Source: Candidatus Micrarchaeota archaeon (GTDB lineage: Archaea; Micrarchaeota; Micrarchaeia; Anstonellales; Bilamarchaeaceae). Taken from it: DNA of 14,101 nt. A program made the translations under genes and the position numbers. The stretch lies in NCBI GenBank assembly GCA_018304385.1, contig JAGVWJ010000057.1, forward strand, positions 1 through 14,101, in the 5' to 3' direction. The notes beneath the pieces were generated by a model. It was not told the DNA's origin, ran no database searches, and was given only the letters and a program-made list of their open reading frames with translations. Of this stretch, positions 1-7,916 are shown piece after piece (positions within the stretch are counted from its first letter, which is position 1; every line of letters starts with the position of its first letter).

Positions 1-34
1 TGTTATCTATCCAGTTATTCAAATTTTAGTTAAC

Positions 35-42
35 GGGGAGGA
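35..42 (+). promoter_or_regulatory. Shine-Dalgarno site of ppsA (GGGGAGGA)
   Basis: GGGGAGGA lies 4 nt upstream of the ATG at 47. Confidence 0.7.
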
Positions 43-46
43 TAAT

Positions 47-2469
47 ATGAAGAATATTCTTTGGTTCGAGGAGCTTAGCAAAAATAGTTTAGCTGATGCC
101 GGTGGCAAGGGCGCAAATTTGGGCGAGATGACTCATGCTGGTTTTCCAGTACCGCCAGGATTTGTTGTAACTACTACAGCTTATTTCAAACATTTAGACA
201 AAAATAATTTAAAAAACGCAATAGGCGAGCTGTTGCATTTTGATGTTGAGGATACTGATAAGCTTAATGAAGCAAGTGAAAAAATAAAGGACATGATAAT
301 GAAAGGCACAATGCCAGATGATGTCGCAGCTGACGTAGTTAATAATTATAAAAAATTATGCGAGCGTGCAGGCAGAGAAGTGTTTGTTGCTGTTCGCTCG
401 AGCGCAACAGCAGAGGACGTCCCAGAAGCGAGTCAGAGGACGTCCCAGAAGCGAGTTTTGCAGGTCAGCAGTCTACATATCTTAATATCAAAGGCTTTGA
501 CAACGTAGTGCAGGCAGTTAAAATGTGCTGGGCATCGCTCTTCGAGCCGCGCGCTATTTATTACCGTGTTCAAAATAAATTCGAGCATATGAAAGTTGGT
601 TTAGCAGCAGTAGTGCAGATGATGATTCAAAGCGAAAAAGCAGGCGTAATATTTACAGTTGATCCACTCTATCAAGATCCTAATTTAATTTCATTAGAAG
701 CAGGCTATGGTTTAGGAGAAACAGTTGTGAGCGGGCAAATAACTCCAGATACATACAGAATTGATAAGTCTGCCCTAAGAATTGTTGATAAAAATATTTC
801 TAAGCAAAAATGGGCATTAATAAAAATGGGCGATAAAAACCAGCGTGTTGAGATAAAAGAAGAGGCTCAAGATAGACAGAAGTTAAATGATAACGAAGTG
901 CTTGATCTTGCAAAGATTGCGATTAATATTGAGAAGCATTATAATTTCCCGCAAGACATAGAATATGCTGTAGAAAAAGGAAACATTTACATTGTGCAAT
1001 CTCGTCCTATTACAACACTTAAAAAAGAGGTGACTAAAATGGACCAAAAAGTAACCGAGGTTGTTAGAGAAACACCTAAGCAAGAAGAAAAACCAAGTGC
1101 TCAAGCTAAAAAAATATCTGAAGCAAAAATACTAACAAAGGGTTTGCCAGCCTCTCCTGGATTTGGTATTGGCAAGGTATGTATCTTACTTTCAGCAAAA
1201 GAGATAAGCAAGATGGATCGTGGCGAAGTGTTAGTAACAGAAATGACAACCCCTGATTTTGTACCTGCAATGAAAAAGGCTGCTGCAATTGTAACGAATA
1301 CCGGTGGTTCCACTTCACATGCAGCCATAGTATCGCGCGAACTTGGAATTCCATGTATTGTTGGAACGCAAAATGCAACTGAGGTGCTAAAGCCAGATAT
1401 AGATGTAACTGTTGATGGAACACATGGTGTTGTTTATGAAGGCATAGTTGCAATGGCGCATGAAGAAAAGAAAGAGGATAGACATGCTTATGCAGCAGAA
1501 TCAGCACCAATTACTGGAACAAAGATCTATGTTAATCTTGCAGAGGTTGAGCTTTCTGAAAAGGTTGCAAAGTTGCCAGTAGATGGTGTTGGTCTATTGC
1601 GTGCAGAATTCATGATCGCAGATATCGGATATCATCCAAGATGGATGTTGGATAATGGAAAACGAGAAGAATTTGTTGATAAATTAGCAGAAGGGCTAAG
1701 GCGCTTTGCTGCTGCATTTTATCCGCGACCTGTTGTGTATAGAGCAACAGATTTCAAAACAAATGAATATCGTAATTTAGAAGGCGGGGAAAAGTACGAG
1801 CCTAATGAAGCAAATCCAATGATGGGATACAGAGGGGCATCCAGATACATTGCTGAACCTGAGATTTTCAAAATGGAATTGGATGCGATTAAAAAAGTTA
1901 GGGATAAATTTGGTTTGCGCAATCTTTGGCTAATGATTCCATTTGTTAGAAGAATTGGCGAGCTTCGTGCAATTAAAGAGATAATGCAGGAAATGAGCAT
2001 TTATCGTACGCGCGATTTCAAATTATGGATTATGGTTGAAGTACCAAGCACGGTTATGCTTATTGATCTATTTTGCAAAGAAGGCATAGATGGTATAAGC
2101 ATTGGAACAAATGATCTTACACAACTTATCTTAGGAATTGACAGAGATAATGCAACGCTTGCAAAAGGATTTGACGAGCGCAACGACGCGGTTGTACGCG
2201 CATTAAAGCACGTAATAAGAACATGCGGTGAATATGGAGTGACCAGCTCGCTTTGTGGTCAGGCACCATCAGTTTATCCAGAATTTGCAGAGAAATTAGT
2301 TGAATTCGGAATAACTAGCATGTCTGTTAATCCTGATGCAGTTGAACGCACGCGTAAAATAGTTAATAGTGCAGAGAAGAGAATAATGCTTAAGAGATTG
2401 GCAATACTTACAGAGCAGGCGCAAAAAGGAAAAGAAAAAGAAGAAGATAGCTCTGATTTTGAAGATTGA
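47..2469 (+). CDS. ppsA: Phosphoenolpyruvate synthase (pyruvate, water dikinase); frame broken by a 23-bp tandem duplication, ~799 aa when repaired
   Basis: The N-terminal ORF has GGKGANLGEM and VPPGFVVT. Removing one repeat copy gives RSSATAEDVPEASFAGQQSTYLN. Downstream motifs are IVQSRPITT, the phospho-His motif GGSTSHAAIVSRELGIP, DGVGLLRAEF, EANPMMGYRG, SIGTNDLTQ and LCGQAPS. 2423-23=2400 nt = 800 codons. Confidence 0.95.
411..456 (+). repeat. Perfect 23-bp tandem duplication CAGAGGACGTCCCAGAAGCGAGT x2
   Basis: Copies at 411-433 and 434-456 are identical and shift the ppsA frame. Confidence 0.97.
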
Positions 2470-2470
2470 G

Positions 2471-3772
2471 CTATTTTATCTTTAATTTTTGTACTTCTTT
2501 CATGCCTAGCGTTTTTAATAGTTCTGGGTCGAATAAATTTTTTGGGCAGTTTGGATTTTTTAGGTATTGGTTAACTACAAAACGTGCAACCTCTAGCACA
2601 TCTTTTCTAGTGCTCTCACCAAGACGAGATAAATTTGAAATAAATTCTTTAGGGTAATTAATAAGAATAGCAGAAGCACTTGCAAATAATTCATTTGGCC
2701 CACCTTCAGGGTGCCCCCAGTTTTTTGGGATAGTTCGATTGTAAGAAGATTCATCAAATATCCAGAATTTAAGATCAGCAAAACGTGGTTCTAATTTTTC
2801 ATAATAAACTGCAATTGTAGCAATTGGTTCATTTCTAGCAATCATCTCATCAACAGTTCTAGCTACTTGTAGTGCTAAATTCCTATCTCTAGCAGGTAAA
2901 CGATCAATTTTTTGCATAAATTCTTCACGTGCATACTTCAGAATATCATAAACATGCGAAAATAAATTTTCTGAGCCAAATTCAGGGCCGCCAGTTAATC
3001 TATAAGGAACTTTAGAAGGATATTTGCTTCTGTCAAAAACATTATAGAGATCCCAATTCTCTGCTTCTCGCGCAGCATTAACTTCTTCAACATAACCAGT
3101 TAATACAATCCAGTTTCTATCTCTTTTTTCTAGGTCATGATATAATGTATGTGAAGCCTCATGCCAAAATACTGACCTAACGAATCTTTCATCATGTTTA
3201 AAAATAGCTGAACTTATTGTCATATCATCAGTATTCCCCATAATCCTTTGACGTTTAGAAGATTTCGTGGATTCTCCATACAGTTCTTTTGCCCAGAAAA
3301 CAAAAACGCTGGTTATTGGTGTTTCCTCTTTTAGAAGTAGATTGATTGCGTTAATTATATTTGCTGCGTCATCTAGCTGCTTTTTAGAATAGAAATTCTC
3401 TGCTTCCGCTCCCTCAAGTGTAAACGCTACATTCTTATTATTGTAAATAAATCCGTCTCCTTTTGCTATAAATTTTTTTGTGAATAATACTTCGCCATCC
3501 TTGTTCTTAACTAAAATAGTTATTCTGTTTTCTGAATCCTTTATCTTAATTTTTTCATCTATTTGCACACCCTCTTTGAAACGATTAAGTTCAAAGTTGT
3601 AATCCTTTTTTCCCTCATCATTCTCCACAACAACTGTTATTTTAGTATCTTTTTTTGATTTTGGAACGGACATATGAAGATGCAATCCCCTAACTCCAAC
3701 AATAAGCGTACCAAAGTCCTCAATTTCTACTCCAAAGTATTTTGGGTAAGCCTTTTCGTCGTTTGGTGCCAT
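2471..3772 (-). CDS. Putative zincin-type metallopeptidase (HExxH plus NELFA), 433 aa, with a beta-rich N-terminal domain and a duplicated C-terminal module
   Basis: FWHEASH lies at 3149-3163 and GGPNELFASA further downstream resembles the distal Glu ligand motif of zincins. The start is placed at ATG 3772 (MAPNDEK), not 3868, because a TATA box lies 23-29 nt upstream of it. Confidence 0.65.
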   Translation of the reverse strand: MAPNDEKAYPKYFGVEIEDFGTLIVGVRGLHLHMSVPKSKKDTKITVVVENDEGKKDYNFELNRFKEGVQIDEKIKIKDSENRITILVKNKDGEVLFTKKFIAKGDGFIYNNKNVAFTLEGAEAENFYSKKQLDDAANIINAINLLLKEETPITSVFVFWAKELYGESTKSSKRQRIMGNTDDMTISSAIFKHDERFVRSVFWHEASHTLYHDLEKRDRNWIVLTGYVEEVNAAREAENWDLYNVFDRSKYPSKVPYRLTGGPEFGSENLFSHVYDILKYAREEFMQKIDRLPARDRNLALQVARTVDEMIARNEPIATIAVYYEKLEPRFADLKFWIFDESSYNRTIPKNWGHPEGGPNELFASASAILINYPKEFISNLSRLGESTRKDVLEVARFVVNQYLKNPNCPKNLFDPELLKTLGMKEVQKLKIK

Positions 3773-3794
3773 AGCTATTTTATCTGGCGTTATG

Positions 3795-3801
3795 TTATAA
3801 A
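3795..3801. promoter_or_regulatory. TATA box (TTATAAA on +, TTTATAA on -), candidate bidirectional core promoter
   Basis: The box is at -29..-23 from both the minus-strand ATG at 3772 and the plus-strand ATG at 3824. A purine-rich BRE-like stretch (GAGAAGCA) precedes it on the minus strand. Confidence 0.55.
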
Positions 3802-3823
3802 TGCTTCTCTCCAATAAATATTT

Positions 3824-4156
3824 ATGAAGTTTATAGAGGATAATGATGGAAAAAAACAAGCACAGCATGCAGCGCCATCTTCTAGTTATTTTGATATAAA
3901 TCAGCTTGAACTAGCAGTAATTAATAATCTGCTAGAGCGAAACATGCACGCACCATTATCTATTGTTAGCTTTACTGGTTTGCCCGAACGTACGTTGCAA
4001 TTACAAAAAACAAATCTAGAGCGCTTGCTTCGTAAGTTAAAGCGCGAGCACCGCGAGCAGGCATTGCAAGCAGAACTTAAAAAAATTCTATCTGGCGAAA
4101 AGGTTTTACCAATCAGATGTTTTCCTACTTTAAAACCAGCAATAATAAATTTTTGA
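3824..4156 (+). CDS. Hypothetical protein, 110 aa, with a helical basic C-terminal half
   Basis: The ORF fills the gap between the TATA box and dph2 and ends 11 nt before the dph2 ATG. No family was recognised. Confidence 0.5.
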   Translation: MKFIEDNDGKKQAQHAAPSSSYFDINQLELAVINNLLERNMHAPLSIVSFTGLPERTLQLQKTNLERLLRKLKREHREQALQAELKKILSGEKVLPIRCFPTLKPAIINF

Positions 4157-4167
4157 TAGTTGATTTT

Positions 4168-5085
4168 ATGCGAATTCTTTTACAATTTCCAGAGGGACTA
4201 AAGCGTGAGGCTCTAAAATACCAAGAAAAATATGAAAAAGCAGGCCATGAGGTATTCATCGCCTCAGCGCCTTGTTATGGAGCATGTGATTTGCCTTTAG
4301 ATGAGGCAAGATGGATTAAGGCAGATAAGATTGTGCATTTTGGTCATGCTAAATTCGTTAAGAAAGACCTACCCATTGAAGTTGAATATATTCCTTACAA
4401 CATTGATGTTAATCTCCAAGCGATTAAGAAAGCTGCAATACAGCTTAAGCAGTACAAGAATATTGGGCTTGCAACTACAGTTCAACATTTACATCAATTT
4501 GAAGATATGAAAAAACTATTCGAATCGCAAGCGCAACACGTCTTTGCAGATAAAGGTTATTGGGCGATAAATGTTGGTCAGGTACTTGGATGTGATAGCC
4601 TAGGACTCAAGGCTGTGGAAAAAAAAGTAGATGCAACTGTTTTTGTTGGGGATGGAATGTTTCATGCTCTTGCTATTGACTTTGAAACAAACAAACCAGT
4701 CTTTGTAATCCATCCACAAACTGGCCAGCTAAAGCAAATCAACGAGGATATAAATAAATTAAAGAAAAGGCGAAAAGGTTCGATATTAGCAGCAGTAAAT
4801 GCAAAAACCTTTGGAATATTAGTTAGTACGAAAGTTGGACAGTTTTCTTTAGGTGCTGCGATAAATGTTAAGAAAGAATTAGAAAAACGCGGAAAGCAGG
4901 CAGTGATATTAGTAAGCAATGAAATCGAGCCATTACCTTTAAATAATTTCATGCTGTTTGATTGTTATGTTAATACTGCATGCCCGCGTATGATCGATGA
5001 TACTGAAGAATTTGGAAAGCCAATATTGAATATCGATATGTTAAATGAAGCATTCAAAATAATTGACAGTATGAAAGAAAGATAA
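4168..5085 (+). CDS. dph2: 2-(3-amino-3-carboxypropyl)histidine synthase (diphthamide biosynthesis Dph2), 305 aa
   Basis: ILLQFPEGLK, PCYGACD, VHFGH, GQVLGCD and NTACPR are present, including the three Fe-S cysteines. The start is moved to ATG 4168 (MRILLQFPEG). Confidence 0.95.
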   Translation: MRILLQFPEGLKREALKYQEKYEKAGHEVFIASAPCYGACDLPLDEARWIKADKIVHFGHAKFVKKDLPIEVEYIPYNIDVNLQAIKKAAIQLKQYKNIGLATTVQHLHQFEDMKKLFESQAQHVFADKGYWAINVGQVLGCDSLGLKAVEKKVDATVFVGDGMFHALAIDFETNKPVFVIHPQTGQLKQINEDINKLKKRRKGSILAAVNAKTFGILVSTKVGQFSLGAAINVKKELEKRGKQAVILVSNEIEPLPLNNFMLFDCYVNTACPRMIDDTEEFGKPILNIDMLNEAFKIIDSMKER

Positions 5086-5087
5086 AT

Positions 5088-5987
5088 ATGGAGACCATAA
5101 CTGAAACGCACTTATCGCTACTTCATTTTAGTAAAGGAAAAGTCCGCGATACATATAAGATAGATAACGATCTGCTAATGGTATCTACTGATAGGTTAAG
5201 CGCGTTTGATGTTGTATTTAATGAGGGAATCCCATACAAAGGAGCAGTGCTCAATAGTCTTTCTATCTTTTGGTTCTTACAAACAAGAGACATTATAAAA
5301 AATCATTTTATTACAGATGCCATCCCAGCAAATTTGCCTAAGTATTTAGAAAGAAGAAGTATGATTGTAATGAAAGCAGAACCAATCCCATTAGAATCAG
5401 TTGTTCGTGGCCATATAACAGGCAGTGCATTAAAAGAGTATCAAAAAGATGGTAAGGTTTGCGGCATTGAACTACCCAAAGGATTAAAGAATGGTGATGA
5501 GCTTCCGCACCCAATATTTACCCCATCAACTAAAGCAAAGCAAGGTCATGATCAAAACATAACAGAAGAAGAGGCAAAGAAACTTGTAGGAGAAACTACT
5601 TATAATACAGTAAAACAAAAAAGCATTGAACTTTATAATTTTGCAAAGCACCATGCAAAAAAATCTGGACTAATTCTTGCAGATACAAAGTTTGAATTTG
5701 GGTATGCTAAAAATGATAACGGTGGCAAACAGATAATTCTAATTGATGAAGCTTTAACACCTGATTCCTCACGTTACTGGCTGAAAGAAAAATATGATGC
5801 TGGTCAGTTAGAAAGTTTGGACAAACAGTTTGTTCGGGATTATTTGGAAGGACTAAAATGGAATAAGGAACCGCCTCCCCCACCTTTGCCAAAAAATGTA
5901 ATAGAAAATACTTCCAAAAGATATTTGCAGGCATATAAGATGTTGACTGGGAAGGATTTGTTAGAAGTTGAGGCGCCTTTATTCTAA
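5088..5987 (+). CDS. purC: Phosphoribosylaminoimidazole-succinocarboxamide (SAICAR) synthase, 299 aa
   Basis: KGKVRDTY, TDRLSAFDVV, ESVVRG, FTPSTKA, LADTKFEFG, DEALTPDSSRYW and SLDKQFVRDYL are present. Confidence 0.96.
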   Translation: METITETHLSLLHFSKGKVRDTYKIDNDLLMVSTDRLSAFDVVFNEGIPYKGAVLNSLSIFWFLQTRDIIKNHFITDAIPANLPKYLERRSMIVMKAEPIPLESVVRGHITGSALKEYQKDGKVCGIELPKGLKNGDELPHPIFTPSTKAKQGHDQNITEEEAKKLVGETTYNTVKQKSIELYNFAKHHAKKSGLILADTKFEFGYAKNDNGGKQIILIDEALTPDSSRYWLKEKYDAGQLESLDKQFVRDYLEGLKWNKEPPPPPLPKNVIENTSKRYLQAYKMLTGKDLLEVEAPLF

Positions 5988-6454
5988 TCCAAATAATGCT
6001 TCATCATTTTTATAGCAAATTTTGCTTGCCCTAAGTTTAACCCCAATAACAAAGATATGTGCATGAGTTCCCGACCACTTCTTAATTCGAATTCATTTTT
6101 TGCAAAATCTGCAAATGCATAATATGCGCCGAACTTATTGCAGAATTTTAAGAAAGTTCTTAGCTTTGAAAGCAAAATCGCGCGAGTTACACCGTAGGTA
6201 TTAATTATTTTTGAAAAATCAATTAGAAAGCAGGCTTTTTTCTTTTCTGCGATTATTTTAATTGCGCCTTCTTCTAAGTCAAATTCTTGTAGCATAACAA
6301 GTGTTTTTTTATTTTTGTAGTTAGTTGCTTCTGTTAGATTCTTTACATTGGCAATTTTATTTTTTACCTTATCAAGTTCGTATAGTCTTTCGTAACCTGC
6401 TTTTGCAAAATCAAAACTTTCAGATGAAAAAGAAATTATGTTGAACATGTTCAT
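5984..6454 (-). CDS. rnp3: Short RNase P protein Rpp30 (Rnp3)-like protein, 156 aa
   Basis: The C-terminal half (FLIDFSKII..GVTRAILLSKLRTFLKFCNKFG...FAKNEFELRSGRELMHISLLLGLNLGQAKFAI) resembles the Rpp30 C-terminus. The gene lies two genes downstream of rpl15e, as in the conserved archaeal rpl15e-x-rpp30 order. Recognised by eye only. Confidence 0.6.
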   Translation of the reverse strand: MNMFNIISFSSESFDFAKAGYERLYELDKVKNKIANVKNLTEATNYKNKKTLVMLQEFDLEEGAIKIIAEKKKACFLIDFSKIINTYGVTRAILLSKLRTFLKFCNKFGAYYAFADFAKNEFELRSGRELMHISLLLGLNLGQAKFAIKMMKHYLD

Positions 6455-6900
6455 TTCCTTCTAAGAATCAAGTGGCAGATAAAAGCCGTTCCTATATAAA
6501 TAGGTATGTGGAGTAGCATAGTAACTGATAAACCCTTTTTTTCTAGATCTACAAGATAGCATAATGATTCTCTTATCGATGGTTCTGTTGTACTTCCTTT
6601 TTTTATTTCCTTGCATTCTTGTTTTAAATCATATCCAGTAATTACACTAACTTGTTTCTCTTGATAATCCAAGTATAAAAAATATGCTGCTGTTGTTATG
6701 ATTGCAGCGATGGCAAGTCCAGGTAATAAAGAGGAGAATTTCAGTTTTTGTTCATTTTCTATTTTTTTAATTGCAAAATAAGATATTATTCCTCCAACAG
6801 CACTACCAAGTATATTAAATATAAAAAATAATACTACCGAAATAATAAGTGTAACTAAGTATGAAAGAGCCTTCATATCTACAACCAAATTTTCCTTCAT
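6451..6900 (-). CDS. Hypothetical membrane protein, 149 aa, 3-4 hydrophobic segments
   Basis: Hydrophobic runs LVTLIISVVLFFIFNILGSAVGGIISYFAI, LLPGLAIAAIITTAAYFLYL and VTMLLHIPIYIGTAFICHLIL. It starts 3 nt after the rpl15e stop and has an ATGA overlap with the next gene. Confidence 0.75.
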   Translation of the reverse strand: MKENLVVDMKALSYLVTLIISVVLFFIFNILGSAVGGIISYFAIKKIENEQKLKFSSLLPGLAIAAIITTAAYFLYLDYQEKQVSVITGYDLKQECKEIKKGSTTEPSIRESLCYLVDLEKKGLSVTMLLHIPIYIGTAFICHLILRRK

Positions 6901-6903
6901 TAC

Positions 6904-7431
6904 CTAATCTTTTACCCTTTGCGTTCTATTTCCTAATCTACCGCGTCCAAGTCCTCGAGATTTTCTCCCAGAACTTGTTAAACCTCTAAATGATCTACCT
7001 GTGCGGTTAAGTGCAGTAGCATCTACTTTTGTTGGATCAGCAAGGATTACCTCAAAAAACTTATACTCGCCATCTTCGCCAACCCAATAAGAATTTAGCA
7101 CTTCCATATTTTTGTAAATACGATTAACACGCTGCTCCGCAATTGCCTGGTGCGAAAGCTGAGGTTGAACATAAAGATAAGCATGTCTTGGTTTGCGGCC
7201 GCCCATAGGCGTTCTTCTTCTTCTACGACCCTTGTCGATTCTTGTTCTAACTACTATTATACCTTGCTTCGCCTTATAGCCAAGTTTTCTGGCCCGAGCT
7301 AAGTTTGTTGGTCTTTCAACCCTGGACATAGCAGGTTCAGTTCTCCATGTAAAAATTCTTTTCCTATAAATTTCGTCTCGTTCTTTATACTCCTTTTGAA
7401 GGTTATCTTGAATATATTTATAAGCACCCAT
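6904..7431 (-). CDS. rpl15e: 50S ribosomal protein L15e, 175 aa
   Basis: MGAYKY, RVERPTNLARARKLGYKAKQG, IAEQRV, EVLNSYWVGEDGEYKFFEVILADP and FRGLTSSGRKSRGL are present. An SD-like GAGGGA lies upstream on the minus strand. Confidence 0.97.
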   Translation of the reverse strand: MGAYKYIQDNLQKEYKERDEIYRKRIFTWRTEPAMSRVERPTNLARARKLGYKAKQGIIVVRTRIDKGRRRRRTPMGGRKPRHAYLYVQPQLSHQAIAEQRVNRIYKNMEVLNSYWVGEDGEYKFFEVILADPTKVDATALNRTGRSFRGLTSSGRKSRGLGRGRLGNRTQRVKD

Positions 7432-7592
7432 AATTATCCCTCTTAGCTCTAACTAATCAAATAGTTAAAAGTCGATTATATCTACTATTATTTGATCTAC
7501 GTACCGTTTTTAAACATTTCCGTTTAATTGTTTTTTAGTGGTTTTCTATTTATTGTATCGCGCTTAGTAATGGTTAGGTTAGTGGTGTTTAA

Positions 7593-7916
7593 ATGCATGA
7601 AGAAAAGTCAAATTTTATGGAAACTATAGATAGCATAAGGTCTGCAGAACAGGAAGCTGATAAAATAGTAAAAGAAGCAAAGGAAAAGGCAGACGAGATA
7701 TTGCGAAAGGCTAAAGAAAACATCTCTAAGATGAAAACAGAAACAGAAGAAAATTGTGTTTCGCTAAAAAATAGTCGTCTTCAAAATGGCAGATCAGCTA
7801 TAGAAAAGGAAGTTGAATCTGTAATTAAAAAAGCAAGGCAAGAAGCAGATGGCCTTAAGAGTAAGAAGCTGTTAGATAAAGAGCTTTCTGATATTTTAAA
7901 GAGTATACTTGAGTAA
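7593..7916 (+). CDS. atpH: A-type ATP synthase subunit H (peripheral stalk), 107 aa
   Basis: Coiled-coil pattern IRSAEQEADKIVKEAKEKADEIL...IKKARQEA; first gene of the H-I-K-E-C-F-A order. Confidence 0.8.
   Translation: MHEEKSNFMETIDSIRSAEQEADKIVKEAKEKADEILRKAKENISKMKTETEENCVSLKNSRLQNGRSAIEKEVESVIKKARQEADGLKSKKLLDKELSDILKSILE

Noticed and set aside
358-433. Start of the 703-aa ORF (MRACRQRS...) as a separate gene
   Set aside because: It is only the alternative frame upstream of the 23-bp duplication; the real N-terminus is the ORF starting at 47.
883-2781. Antisense or overlapping ORFs at 883-1104, 1101-1328, 1106-1510, 1719-2000, 2001-2183, 2466-2657 and 2593-2781
   Set aside because: They are shadows of ppsA or the peptidase, with no motifs or RBS.
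3773-3868. N-terminal extension MLCLFFSIIIL... as a signal peptide for the peptidase
   Set aside because: It runs through the TATA box and overlaps the divergent ORF; ATG 3772 fits the promoter spacing better. Not fully excluded.
5868-5891. Poly-Pro run in PurC (EPPPPPLP) as a repeat expansion
   Set aside because: A Pro-rich W.K.PP.P.LP segment is normal in this PurC subfamily.
4301-5934. Short ORFs at 4301-4510, 4662-4952 and 5707-5934
   Set aside because: They lie wholly within dph2 or purC in other frames and show no coding signal.
7432-7592. Specific promoter or operator calls in the rpl15e/atpH divergent region (TTTTTAAA at 7507-7514; ATCAAATA...TATTTGAT at 7456-7496)
   Set aside because: Promoters must be here, but the region is very AT-rich with several TATA-like words, and an 8-bp inverted repeat is expected by chance.
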